Shown here piece after piece: positions 9,802-18,735 of a stretch of DNA of 57,183 bases. The notes beneath the pieces are model-generated. The model was not told the origin of the DNA, made no database searches, and worked only from the letters and a program-made list of their open reading frames with translations. Where the stretch lies: the sequence record DRR723986_1346; one strand, 5' to 3'. Every line of letters starts with the position of its first letter. Within the stretch, counting starts at the first letter, position 1. A program made the position numbers and the translations under genes.

Positions 9802-11352
9802 CTAACTAAACCAAAGTGTACCGGTGGTGAGGTAATATTCGACTAACAGCAAGTCATGGTTACGCTGCGCGCTCAAAACCCTCAATTTACTGTTAGCCAG
9901 TGCAGTTTCTTGTGCATTAAGGCGAAAAACATCGCTCGCGCCTGCCAAATATCGTGTTTCTTCTGCACTGCGTAAGCGATTAGCAACCTCTACTTCAGCG
10001 GTGCCTATCGCCAATTGCTGTTCGGTGGCAACCAAAGCCGCCTGATTTGCTTGCAACGCAAGGGCAACACGATCCCGGCGCAAACGAAGTTCTGCCCGCG
10101 CGGCTTTTATTTCCGCCCGCGCGGCAGCAAGCGCACCGCGAGCCGCAGAAAATTGTATTGGCATTGATAAGTTGACACCCACTTTATGGTCGGTTCCAGC
10201 CCGTGTTATAGAGCCATCACCGAAATCACGTCGAGCCTCGTAAACCAAATCCAAATCTGGTTGCGTGTCATTTTCGGCAAGCGCTTCATTAGCCATGAGC
10301 GCATCAAGTTCCAAGCGGAGAGATACTATATCTGGCCGCTCTTCAAGTGTGCGCCTGAGCACTTCACCCTGCGTGTAAACGGTGAAAGGGTTTTGCTGAG
10401 GCACACCCGTCTGCCGACCATAAACTGGTGCCATTGGGTTACCGTTTGCATCGCGCAGATACACGCTTAAATAAACAGCTTGTTCCATAGCTTTTTGAGC
10501 AGCGTTTACTGTTTGGCCTTGCCTTGCCAATAGCAATTGGCGGTTTTCCTGCTTGGTTATTGTCGCAAGCTGGCCAGCATCCACAGCCTTAGCAATAGCT
10601 TCATCACGCACTTGCGCAATTTCTAGCAGCTCCTCATACACAGCCCGAACATTCTCGGCATATAGCCAATCAACATACGCCTTCATGGCCGAGGCCGTAA
10701 TTTTGATGGTTTCCGCCGTGGCCTTTTGTATGGCGGCGGCCGCTTTAAGGCGTGCGTTGCTCTCGGCTGTGCGAAGCGGATCTGTCTCTCTACCGCGTAG
10801 TAAGGCAAACTTTGCCCCAATACGCAATTCGCCCACATCATTTGTCAGATACTCGTCCTCGTAAACCGGCAAGCGACCACTGGAAATACTATAGCCTGAA
10901 TATACCTCGGCATTAATACCGCGCAGGCGTTTCTCCACCGCAACATCGGCCACCTGTCCACCGTAAAAACCAGTCATTCGGCCACTGTACTTACCCGTAA
11001 GGATGGAATCGAAACCACCAGCAGCTATCAATTGTTGCGCTTGCACGGCCTCAGAGCGCGCCTGCGCCTGAATGATTTGTGGTGCATATACTTTTAGCGC
11101 GGACAATAAGTCTGACAGAGAAGTCCCGGTACCACTTTGAGCTGCACCGAGAACAACCATACTTTGACCATTCTGCTGCACTTGCTGCGATTTCGCGGGT
11201 GCATCAGACAATGAAACCAGTTCAATCTGATCATTAGCTAACTGATCAGAACCTATCTGTTCATTAACCAGCCCATCATTGGCACTAAGCGCACCAATGC
11301 TTCCTAATGCCCCTAAGGCGCTGGCAGCCACTATCACCATCAGTTTTCTCAT
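9802..11352 (-). CDS. TolC family outer-membrane efflux/secretion protein
   Basis: Signal peptide, helical OEP repeats (ERPDI, LSMPI, AEETRYLAGASD), last gene of an ABC-MFP-OMF operon. Confidence 0.85.
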   Translation of the reverse strand: MRKLMVIVAASALGALGSIGALSANDGLVNEQIGSDQLANDQIELVSLSDAPAKSQQVQQNGQSMVVLGAAQSGTGTSLSDLLSALKVYAPQIIQAQARSEAVQAQQLIAAGGFDSILTGKYSGRMTGFYGGQVADVAVEKRLRGINAEVYSGYSISSGRLPVYEDEYLTNDVGELRIGAKFALLRGRETDPLRTAESNARLKAAAAIQKATAETIKITASAMKAYVDWLYAENVRAVYEELLEIAQVRDEAIAKAVDAGQLATITKQENRQLLLARQGQTVNAAQKAMEQAVYLSVYLRDANGNPMAPVYGRQTGVPQQNPFTVYTQGEVLRRTLEERPDIVSLRLELDALMANEALAENDTQPDLDLVYEARRDFGDGSITRAGTDHKVGVNLSMPIQFSAARGALAAARAEIKAARAELRLRRDRVALALQANQAALVATEQQLAIGTAEVEVANRLRSAEETRYLAGASDVFRLNAQETALANSKLRVLSAQRNHDLLLVEYYLTTGTLWFS

Positions 11353-12398
11353 GGTTTAACTGCCTGCGTGAAGCTTTCGGGAAACTCCGGCGGGAAGTTA
11401 TTAAGTTGCCGCCATAATTCATAAACAACCGATACTTGATCAAGCAAGACCCAGCCCCTGGCATTAGTACCAACCCGCAAAATATTGTTTGAAGGCCACG
11501 GTGTGCCGCCTTCAACTGGCATAATAACAACGCGAAACTTACCGTTGCGCCCAGCCATGGGGTCAACAAAAGTAACTTCACCTTCGAATGTACCAATGGC
11601 TACTGCAGGCCAACCACTGAACTGGATTACGGGCCAGCCTTCAAACTGCAACCGGGCAGGTTTGCCTACTTCAATCAAGCTGGCATCCCGGCCATCAACA
11701 TATATTTCGACAGCGCTTTGGATATTAGCAGGCACAAAACGCGCAAGGCTATCCCCTGCTTTCACAAAAGTCGCCGTTCCCCCTGCGGAAACTTGGGTAA
11801 TATAGCCCGCGCGCGGCGCTAGAACCTGCTGGCTACCTTCGCGAGACAAAGCAAGTTCCGCCTGGTTCAACTGCTCCGCAGCACCCTGTGCTTTCACTTC
11901 AAAGGCTACAAGTTGAATTTGTGCCTGTTCCATTTCAAGTCTTGATACAAGGCCATCTGCAAACAGATTTGTTTTTCGCTCAGCATCTAACCGCGCGGTG
12001 TTCAATGCCGTTTCTGCGCTAGATAAACCTTCGCGCGCTAGACGCAATTGCGTTTGCAGGCGGGTCATCAGTTGAGGGTCATTGTCAACAATTCTGGCAA
12101 TCGGGTCGCCAGCTTCAACTCGGCTGCCTTCACGCACATACCACTCGGCAATACGGCCCGGAACAAGCGCGCTAATCGCCTGCTCGCGCTCTGCGGGGTT
12201 CAGCGCAACAATTTGTCCTCCGCCAGAAACCGTTTGCACCCATGGCACAACACTAATGAAAACCAGTACTGCTAAGGTGAAAACCAGACTAATGATGGTA
12301 AAAACCTTAATAGCAGACGGAATTTTAATGCCATGCATTGACGTTAAAATGGAAAGTTGGCGTGCGTCATATTCTTCTTCTAGGGAAAAGTGTCTCAT
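11349..12398 (-). CDS. HlyD family periplasmic adaptor (membrane fusion protein)
   Basis: N-terminal TM helix, lipoyl half-motifs (VPGRIAEWYVREGSRVEAGDPI, APRAGYI), coiled hairpin, ATGA overlaps on both sides. Confidence 0.92.
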   Translation of the reverse strand: MRHFSLEEEYDARQLSILTSMHGIKIPSAIKVFTIISLVFTLAVLVFISVVPWVQTVSGGGQIVALNPAEREQAISALVPGRIAEWYVREGSRVEAGDPIARIVDNDPQLMTRLQTQLRLAREGLSSAETALNTARLDAERKTNLFADGLVSRLEMEQAQIQLVAFEVKAQGAAEQLNQAELALSREGSQQVLAPRAGYITQVSAGGTATFVKAGDSLARFVPANIQSAVEIYVDGRDASLIEVGKPARLQFEGWPVIQFSGWPAVAIGTFEGEVTFVDPMAGRNGKFRVVIMPVEGGTPWPSNNILRVGTNARGWVLLDQVSVVYELWRQLNNFPPEFPESFTQAVKP

Positions 12399-14068
12399 GC
12401 CACTGCCTCCGTGCCTGCGTCGGTTGTAGAAGAAACACAGTCGATGGTTTCTTGCTCAAAGCCGGTCAGATCATCTTCCCGCCGAATAACAATGGCGGTA
12501 ACGGTGCGCTTACTGCGCATTTCGTCAATGGCTGCCATAATAAATTCTGGAGCAACCATTTCATAAATATCACTCAGCAATAGAATTCGCGGCTCATCCA
12601 CAATAGCGGCAGCCAGTTTCAACCTCATTAACTCTTCTGCAGTTAATGGCCAACCACTTGGCGCCACAATAGTCTCAAGGCCTCTTGGAAGCTCGGCAAC
12701 TCGTTCCGCCAGCCCAACAACTTCAATGGCACGGTAAACATGGGCGCGGTCCACTTCTGGGTGTCCGTGCTGAACATATTTACCCAATTCCATTTGCGGT
12801 ACTGTTGGTCGGTCAATCACTTTTACCTGACCATTCAAGGTTTGGTGATGCCAATCTTTAACATCCACATGGTCAACTTCCACACGACCAGACTGCGCAG
12901 GCACCTGCCCTTTCAACAACCGAACCAGTGATCGGCGGGCGAGCGGTGACACATCAACCAACTGGACTGACTTGCCTTCTTCCACATCAAAATTAATCTC
13001 TACCCTAAAGTCGCCGTCTATCAGCGATGCATTTTCAATATGCACGCGGCCTCCGCCCTCAGGCGTGCGCTCGGCACGGGGCGGCAAGCGCGATGGCAAT
13101 GCGCTAATACGGTCCAGTTCTTCAGTGGCAGCGCACAGGGAATAATATTCTTTCATAAAGCCGCCTAAGGTTACGAAACCAGCAAAAATAGTCGACAAGA
13201 TCAATTCGGCTGCCACAAGCTGGCCAAGGGACAATTCGCCGATAATTACAAGGTAACCACCTAGCCCGAGCAAAGTTGCGCTGGCCAGCGCATACAAGAA
13301 CAACAATAATAGCAATTGGCGGAACGTAATCCTGAAATAGCCTTTCATCATGTCCACATGATGCTCGATCAACTTGTTGGTTTTACGAATGGCATCATCG
13401 CCGTTAGGGCCAGCCTTGATGAATTCCGAATTGTGAGACAGTCCCTCAATCCATGCAGCGGCATCATATTTGGCTTCGCTCATCAAAAATGCTTGCTGGG
13501 TCGCCTGCCATGCCCAAATGCGCCAAATTGCCATAAGCGAAGCAATGAGCGCTGCGTTAAACGCCAGAAAAATCGGGTGATAAAGGCTGGTAACAATAAA
13601 GCCGATGGCGGCCTGAAAAAAGAAAGAGAACAAACCAATCAGCAATGAAGGCACAGCCTTCTTCACTGTCATAATATCAAAATACCGGTTTATCAGATCA
13701 TCGCGTCGCGCCTGATCAAAATACGAAGCTGGTGAATTGACAATCTTGAGTGTGATTTCTGATGCCAGCCGAGAGAAAACCCGACGCTCAAACAATTCCA
13801 GTACATATTCACGGCAAGCATAAAAAATGCCCGACAAAACCAACAGACCAAACAAGGTGGCTGACAGTAAAATAACCGGCTGCAACAACGCGGTGTTGGC
13901 AACTTGGTCAATCAGCATTTGAATCGATATAGGAATGGCTAATGTCAGCAAGCTGATGAAGGCGCTGAACAATATTGCCAAACGGTAAAACGGCGCTTCC
14001 GGGCCTAAAACGCGCCGGAATATCCGAGAAAATTCTTCTTTTTTCGGGAAGTGGTTATGTGAACTCAT
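12395..14068 (-). CDS. T1SS-type ABC transporter, transmembrane domain plus degenerate NBD
   Basis: ABC exporter TMD (LAIPISIQMLID...GELSLGQLVAAELI). The NBD is recognisable (LPRGLETIV, AAAIVDEPRILLL) but Walker A, the signature and Walker B are degenerate. Confidence 0.88.
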   Translation of the reverse strand: MSSHNHFPKKEEFSRIFRRVLGPEAPFYRLAILFSAFISLLTLAIPISIQMLIDQVANTALLQPVILLSATLFGLLVLSGIFYACREYVLELFERRVFSRLASEITLKIVNSPASYFDQARRDDLINRYFDIMTVKKAVPSLLIGLFSFFFQAAIGFIVTSLYHPIFLAFNAALIASLMAIWRIWAWQATQQAFLMSEAKYDAAAWIEGLSHNSEFIKAGPNGDDAIRKTNKLIEHHVDMMKGYFRITFRQLLLLLFLYALASATLLGLGGYLVIIGELSLGQLVAAELILSTIFAGFVTLGGFMKEYYSLCAATEELDRISALPSRLPPRAERTPEGGGRVHIENASLIDGDFRVEINFDVEEGKSVQLVDVSPLARRSLVRLLKGQVPAQSGRVEVDHVDVKDWHHQTLNGQVKVIDRPTVPQMELGKYVQHGHPEVDRAHVYRAIEVVGLAERVAELPRGLETIVAPSGWPLTAEELMRLKLAAAIVDEPRILLLSDIYEMVAPEFIMAAIDEMRSKRTVTAIVIRREDDLTGFEQETIDCVSSTTDAGTEAVA

Positions 14069-14215
14069 GTCCTGCCAAACTTACTAATTTTAATACTTTC
14101 GTAGCAGTTGCGCCTTGCCCCACCAAATAACTCTAACCGAAAACAGTCGGACAAAGCAATTCGGGAAGCGCAACTTTAGCCACGGTGCATACATATACAT
14201 TAATTTTTTTCTTTC

Positions 14216-14247
14216 AAGGGTAATGTCTATCGATAGTTTTTTTCTAT
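14216..14247. promoter_or_regulatory. Putative LysR/OxyR-type binding site upstream of the T1SS operon
   Basis: Perfect ATAG-N7-CTAT at 14233-14247, with an adjacent degenerate AAGG-N7-CTAT at 14216-14230. Confidence 0.45.
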
Positions 14248-14368
14248 CATAGTTTTGTAAATTCCCTGCAATGAACTTGCCTGAGCAAAATCAAATATCG
14301 ACTATAATAAAAGCATGACTAAACAGTTGATTAGGGGAAAATCCGCAGTGTAAAACTAAGGGACTAAG

Positions 14369-14740
14369 CGGTAGACGACGTGTAAGCCGGGTTCTGTATC
14401 TTTCGCGAACGAAAGCGATGACCATTCCTCTAGGCGCCTTGTTGCCAAGGCACTCAAGCAACCGACCCGGACAGCGGCGCGGAAATGCACCTGCTACTGA
14501 AAGCAACCGTCCCTATTGGTCTTGCTCCCGGTGGGGTTTACCCTGCCACCGCTGTCACCAGCGGTGCGGTGCGCTCTTACCGCACCCTTTCATCCTTACC
14601 ATACGAATATGGCGGTTTGCTTTCTGTGGCACTTTCCCTGAGGTCGCCCTCGCTGGCCGTTAACCAGCACCGTATTTCCGTGGAGCCCGGACTTTCCTCC
14701 CCCGCAACACGTGCGGCGGCGGCCATCCAGCCGTCTACCG
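14369..14740 (-). ncRNA. rnpB: RNase P RNA, class A
   Basis: Minus strand has GAGGAAAGTCCGGGCTCC, AGTGCCACAGAAA, GGTAAACCCC and ACAGAACCCGGCTTAC. The ends cggtagacg / cgtctaccg pair as P1. Confidence 0.97.
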
Positions 14741-14746
14741 GGGCGC

Positions 14747-14775
14747 AATCAACCATTTGCTTGAAGATGGGTCAA
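14747..14775 (-). promoter_or_regulatory. Putative sigma70 promoter of rnpB
   Basis: TTGACC, 17 nt, TTGATT, ending about 6 nt before the P1 5' strand. The -10 element is non-consensus. Confidence 0.4.
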
Positions 14776-14952
14776 GATAATTATCGGTTATGCGTTCAAC
14801 GACTTTATAACCAAAAACTATAGACTGTCTCCAAATCACCCGCTGATAACAGCGCACACCGGCAGGGCATGGTTTGTCTAGGGTAGCGAGCGATGACCAC
14901 ACGCCGTTGCAGAGTTTAAAAATAGCATTTGGTCCCCGATAATCTCTCAAAG

Positions 14953-16065
14953 TCAAAGAATGAAATTTGACTCCGATAGATCAGCAAAGCTTACACCTTC
15001 AAGAATCAGTGTTGCATCACCCCCAAGGTCAATGCGAATGCCGCCGTCAACACTTGTGGTGCGGGCTTCCACATCAGCAATGGACGTAAAATCGAACGTG
15101 GTGTTGCTAAGGTCTATCGTGTCGTCGCCAGCGCTGAAGTCTGTGACCGCATCTGCCCCGGAGCCTGCCGCAAAGAGGAAAGTGTCTTCACCAGTACCAC
15201 CCGTTAGCGTGTCATCGCCAGAACCGCCCCACAAGAAGTCGTCGCCTGCGCCGCCAGAAACATAGTCATTTCCTGTGCCGCCGAAAAGGGTGTCATTGCC
15301 GTCGCCGCCGTCTACGGTGTCATTGCCGCTGGACGCATAAATAATGTCGTCGCCGCCGTCGCCTGCAAGGCTGTCATCACCACCAGACTCACCATCTGCT
15401 GCTCTGCCACCAAACAGGATATCATTACCGCCGCCAGCGGAGATAACATCGTTACCTGCACCACCACCGAGAAAATCGCGCGCTGCGCCACCAAACAAAC
15501 TGTCGGCACCAAGGCCAGCCCAAATCGCATTGATGATATCAGTACCAATAGCAGCGAGTTGATCGAGGGTGTCAGCATAAAGCTGATCGTCGCCAAGACC
15601 ACCAACGAGGATGTCGCTGCCAAGGCCGCCGAAGAGTTGGTCATTGCCAGCACCGCCATTGATAAAGTCGTTGCCGCCGCCGCCATCAACGGTGTCATTA
15701 CCAGCACCTGTAATGAAAGACTCTGCGCCGTCGCCGCCCACCGTGTCTTGCGGTGTTGTGTCTGTGCTGCCGTTTTCACGCTCAATCAGCTCACAAAGAG
15801 AAATGTCACCGTGTGTCTCCAAATATTCATTGACAGTTTCACGGCTTAACTCAACGAGGAAAGGGTCTTCCTGAATGTATTCAATAGCGGTGCGGATATC
15901 GGCTTTTGCTTGATCCGTGAGCCCTGGAAATGTAGTGAGCGCATCTAAAAAAGCGTCCCAACTAAATTCAGCCGAACTTAAGATTTGAAAGGCTAAGTCA
16001 AAGAAGCCCTTAAAATCCGAAATTTTGATATTACACCCCGCATCAGTGGTATCTGTTGTGTCCAC
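14953..16065 (-). CDS. RTX (hemolysin-type) calcium-binding protein, probable T1SS substrate
   Basis: Many GGxGxDxL nonapeptides, DAVTDFSAGDDTIDL, C-terminal LILEGVSFADLSESNFIL, no Sec signal, GTG start with GGGAG SD. Confidence 0.9.
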   Translation of the reverse strand: MDTTDTTDAGCNIKISDFKGFFDLAFQILSSAEFSWDAFLDALTTFPGLTDQAKADIRTAIEYIQEDPFLVELSRETVNEYLETHGDISLCELIERENGSTDTTPQDTVGGDGAESFITGAGNDTVDGGGGNDFINGGAGNDQLFGGLGSDILVGGLGDDQLYADTLDQLAAIGTDIINAIWAGLGADSLFGGAARDFLGGGAGNDVISAGGGNDILFGGRAADGESGGDDSLAGDGGDDIIYASSGNDTVDGGDGNDTLFGGTGNDYVSGGAGDDFLWGGSGDDTLTGGTGEDTFLFAAGSGADAVTDFSAGDDTIDLSNTTFDFTSIADVEARTTSVDGGIRIDLGGDATLILEGVSFADLSESNFIL

Positions 16066-16480
16066 GTTCAGTCTCCCTGCAAATCACAAACGTTTCGGCC
16101 CCCAAAGCTTGCAATTTTTTATAAGAGAACAGTGTTGGGCTCGTTATCCCCTGAATATGGTATGTTTTTGATTTTTACGCAGAGAGGATGTTTGGTTTGC
16201 CTAACCATGTGTGTCCCGCGGGCGACCCGTTTGAGTGTGTATATGAAACCGCTTAAATTCCGCGTCCTTCACAACACCCACATGAAACTCCCCACACCGC
16301 TCACTATAGCCGTCCCTGTCGCACAATGTTTCATGCGATTATGCTGCCCCGGCAAAACGACTAAAATGCGCCGCATTCTATATGTATATCAATGTTGATT
16401 AGTAAGATGAATTAGGGCATGGTCCAGCGTCAATACTGCATTGAAATGCAAAAATGTTTGGTTTTTTAAAGGCTTCACAG

Positions 16481-16702
16481 ATGAAACGATCTTTATTGGT
16501 TTTGGTCCCGCCCATGTTCCTGCTTGCTGCATGCGGCAGCAGCGGCGACGAGATTGTTTTTGACACGGTTTTGGGCCCTGAAACAGATAATCAGATTGAA
16601 GGCCTGCCCGTCACCCTGCACGGTGATACAGACAATGCGCGCTATTCCGGTGAAAACCTGAAGGGCAAAGGCATGGAAAGCAAGGACGGCTCTCAGCCCT
16701 AA
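16481..16702 (+). CDS. Small hypothetical lipoprotein
   Basis: MKRSLLVLVPPMFLLAAC-GSS lipobox. Confidence 0.65.
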   Translation: MKRSLLVLVPPMFLLAACGSSGDEIVFDTVLGPETDNQIEGLPVTLHGDTDNARYSGENLKGKGMESKDGSQP

Positions 16703-16716
16703 TACATATTTGTTCG

Positions 16717-16741
16717 CATAGGCGCCTTGTTGGCGCTTATG
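16717..16741. terminator. Hairpin between convergent genes, possible terminator
   Basis: cataggcgcc-ttgtt-ggcgcttatg, no clear T tract. Confidence 0.35.
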
Positions 16742-17396
16742 CCCGATATAAAGTCAAAAAGCTGGCAACAGCATCATCCACACAAACATCAATTTCTTCA
16801 GAGCTTAGCTTAGGCTGAATACCAATAGAAATTTTGAAATGTGCTGGTTCTTTGAACAGCGCAACCAACTGTTCGCCCGCCTTTTCGGTATCCTCAATTT
16901 TAAGCGCGCCGCGCTCCACCCATGTTTGCAAAAAGGCGGCCAGTTGACGCTGAATGTCAGCGGGGCCTGAGCGCCAAAAAAGCTCGCCCAGTTCCGGGCC
17001 TTTGGCCGCCGCAGATACCAACAGTCTATACATAGCAATCGCACGGTCGGTCATTAACAAGGTTGCCAAACGATAGCAAACCGCACGCAGGTCGGCCTCT
17101 AACGTATGGTTTTCAACCGCTGCAAGAGCGCGATTTGGGTAGTAGGCCTCTATGGCTGCATGAACCGCGTCACCGAACAATTGCTCTTTGCTTGAAAAAT
17201 GGCTGTAGACCGTTTGCTTGGAAACGCCTGCTCTCTTGGCAACACCGTCCATGCTGGTTCCGTCAAACCCAAGTTCCAAAAACAGCTCGCTGGCGGCCTC
17301 TATAATAGCACTGTTTTTGCCAACATCGCGCGGGCGACCACGCACAGACTTAGTCTGTTCAAATGCTGGATCTATGCTGGAAGCCACCTTTGCCAC
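16737..17396 (-). CDS. TetR/AcrR family transcriptional regulator (AefR/MexL-like)
   Basis: GRPRD...GFDGTSMDGVAKRAGVSKQTVYSHFSSKEQLF helix-turn-helix. Confidence 0.93.
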   Translation of the reverse strand: MAKVASSIDPAFEQTKSVRGRPRDVGKNSAIIEAASELFLELGFDGTSMDGVAKRAGVSKQTVYSHFSSKEQLFGDAVHAAIEAYYPNRALAAVENHTLEADLRAVCYRLATLLMTDRAIAMYRLLVSAAAKGPELGELFWRSGPADIQRQLAAFLQTWVERGALKIEDTEKAGEQLVALFKEPAHFKISIGIQPKLSSEEIDVCVDDAVASFLTLYRA

Positions 17397-17472
17397 AGTT
17401 ATGTACTTTGCCTCATTTTAATAGCCATTTTGAACACTCTGGGCCGCAATAACGCCCATAATATAACCAGGC

Positions 17473-18687
17473 TTATTGCAACAAGGGTGCTGCCAAAGCC
17501 AACCCCTTTGCCTGATTATCATCGTCTTCAATGGCAGTGATAAGGCTGGTGGCCAAGTCTAAGTCCTGGTTGGACAGGGCACCCTCCAAAAGCTGCAACC
17601 TCACAAGATCACGGGCATAAACCCCCTCGAGCGCCACAACGTCGGCAGCAAGCTTTCTTACCTCAGCGGAGAAAGCATCTTTCTGCGATCCCACCTGCAA
17701 AGTGCTTATATACCGTGCTTTGTCTGGAACCTCCACAAAGGCATCCATGCGCCGCAATGCAACCTCAAGGTTGCCCGTGTTAGCTTCTACGACGCCGATG
17801 ATGCTGGCAATGGTTTCAAGCGTTGGTCGGCTTTTGATGCGCGATATGTGGCGCACAGCCAGGTTATAACTTTGAGCAATTAAAGCCGGGTCAAGACCGC
17901 CGTCATACATGCTGCGTAAACGGTGCGCCACAGCCAGCGCCTGACCATTCATGCTGACGAGGCCCACAAATACTTCGTCTGCTTCATCAATGAACGCTTG
18001 GCGAACCTCAGGTTGGCCGCGTTTCTCTGCTAAAACTGCCAATAAAATAAGTCCGCGGTAGAGTTGGCTTGGCTGTTTCGAGGCGCGCACCTCTGTCTCT
18101 AATGATTGCATATCCAATGTTTGCAGGGCGTCTTTAGGCGCAAGCGGCAACAGGCGTAAGCGCTGCCAGAAAGCGCGCGTTGGGCTAGACATTTGGTTCA
18201 GGGCAACATTGCCATCAGCAATACGGCCCGCTAGGAAATTTTCGCGTGCAATGGCAATAAGTGTACGCTGTTTAATGCTACTAACTTGCAATTCTTCAAC
18301 TAAGGCAAGGGCGCTCGCGGTATCATTTGCGCGCGCTAAAACAGGCGCTATTTCGACAATTTTTTCCTGTGTCACCAAACTTAGGTTAACCGAACGGGCC
18401 TCCTCAAGCGCAAGCATTAATGTTTCAATCGCTTGAGCGCTTTGACCCGTATCAACCAACGCCCGTGCAACAGCAACCAGCACTTTTGAGCGTTCAACGC
18501 CAAATTCTTCCGCAATCACTGTTTGAAGTGCTGCAGAAAAAGCGCAATCCCGAGTGGGCGCTTCAAGGCAGGCTAGTGTATATTCGTTCGGCCTGTGGCT
18601 GAGGGCCACTTTGCCATTCTCTCCGTTCTGCGCATAGGCAGGAACAGTTATAAGTAAGGCTAGTATTGTCGCGGTTATTTTTTTCAT
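17473..18687 (-). CDS. Secreted alpha-helical (TPR-like) hypothetical protein
   Basis: Sec signal (AYA-Q), Ala/Leu-rich helical repeats, 404 aa. Confidence 0.75.
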   Translation of the reverse strand: MKKITATILALLITVPAYAQNGENGKVALSHRPNEYTLACLEAPTRDCAFSAALQTVIAEEFGVERSKVLVAVARALVDTGQSAQAIETLMLALEEARSVNLSLVTQEKIVEIAPVLARANDTASALALVEELQVSSIKQRTLIAIARENFLAGRIADGNVALNQMSSPTRAFWQRLRLLPLAPKDALQTLDMQSLETEVRASKQPSQLYRGLILLAVLAEKRGQPEVRQAFIDEADEVFVGLVSMNGQALAVAHRLRSMYDGGLDPALIAQSYNLAVRHISRIKSRPTLETIASIIGVVEANTGNLEVALRRMDAFVEVPDKARYISTLQVGSQKDAFSAEVRKLAADVVALEGVYARDLVRLQLLEGALSNQDLDLATSLITAIEDDDNQAKGLALAAPLLQ

Positions 18688-18735
18688 TTTTTATCCTTAG
18701 TGGTCCTGTCGAACGACCATCGTTTTCAACCCGTT

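Noticed and set aside
14291-14956. Short ORFs over 14.3-14.9 kb
   Set aside because: They overlap RNase P RNA or its promoter and show no protein features.
15130-15740. GC-rich periodic sequence and overlapping S/P-rich ORFs
   Set aside because: Explained by the RTX nonapeptide codons.
16185-16270. GGCAAACC on the minus strand suggesting a c-di-GMP-I riboswitch
   Set aside because: No GNRA-capped P2 and no correctly placed downstream GACGCAAAG.
14431-16732. 14-nt match TAGGCGCCTTGTTG shared by rnpB (14431) and the hairpin at 16719
   Set aside because: A few 14-mer repeats are expected by chance in 57 kb, and it is not at the rnpB end, so it is not att-like.
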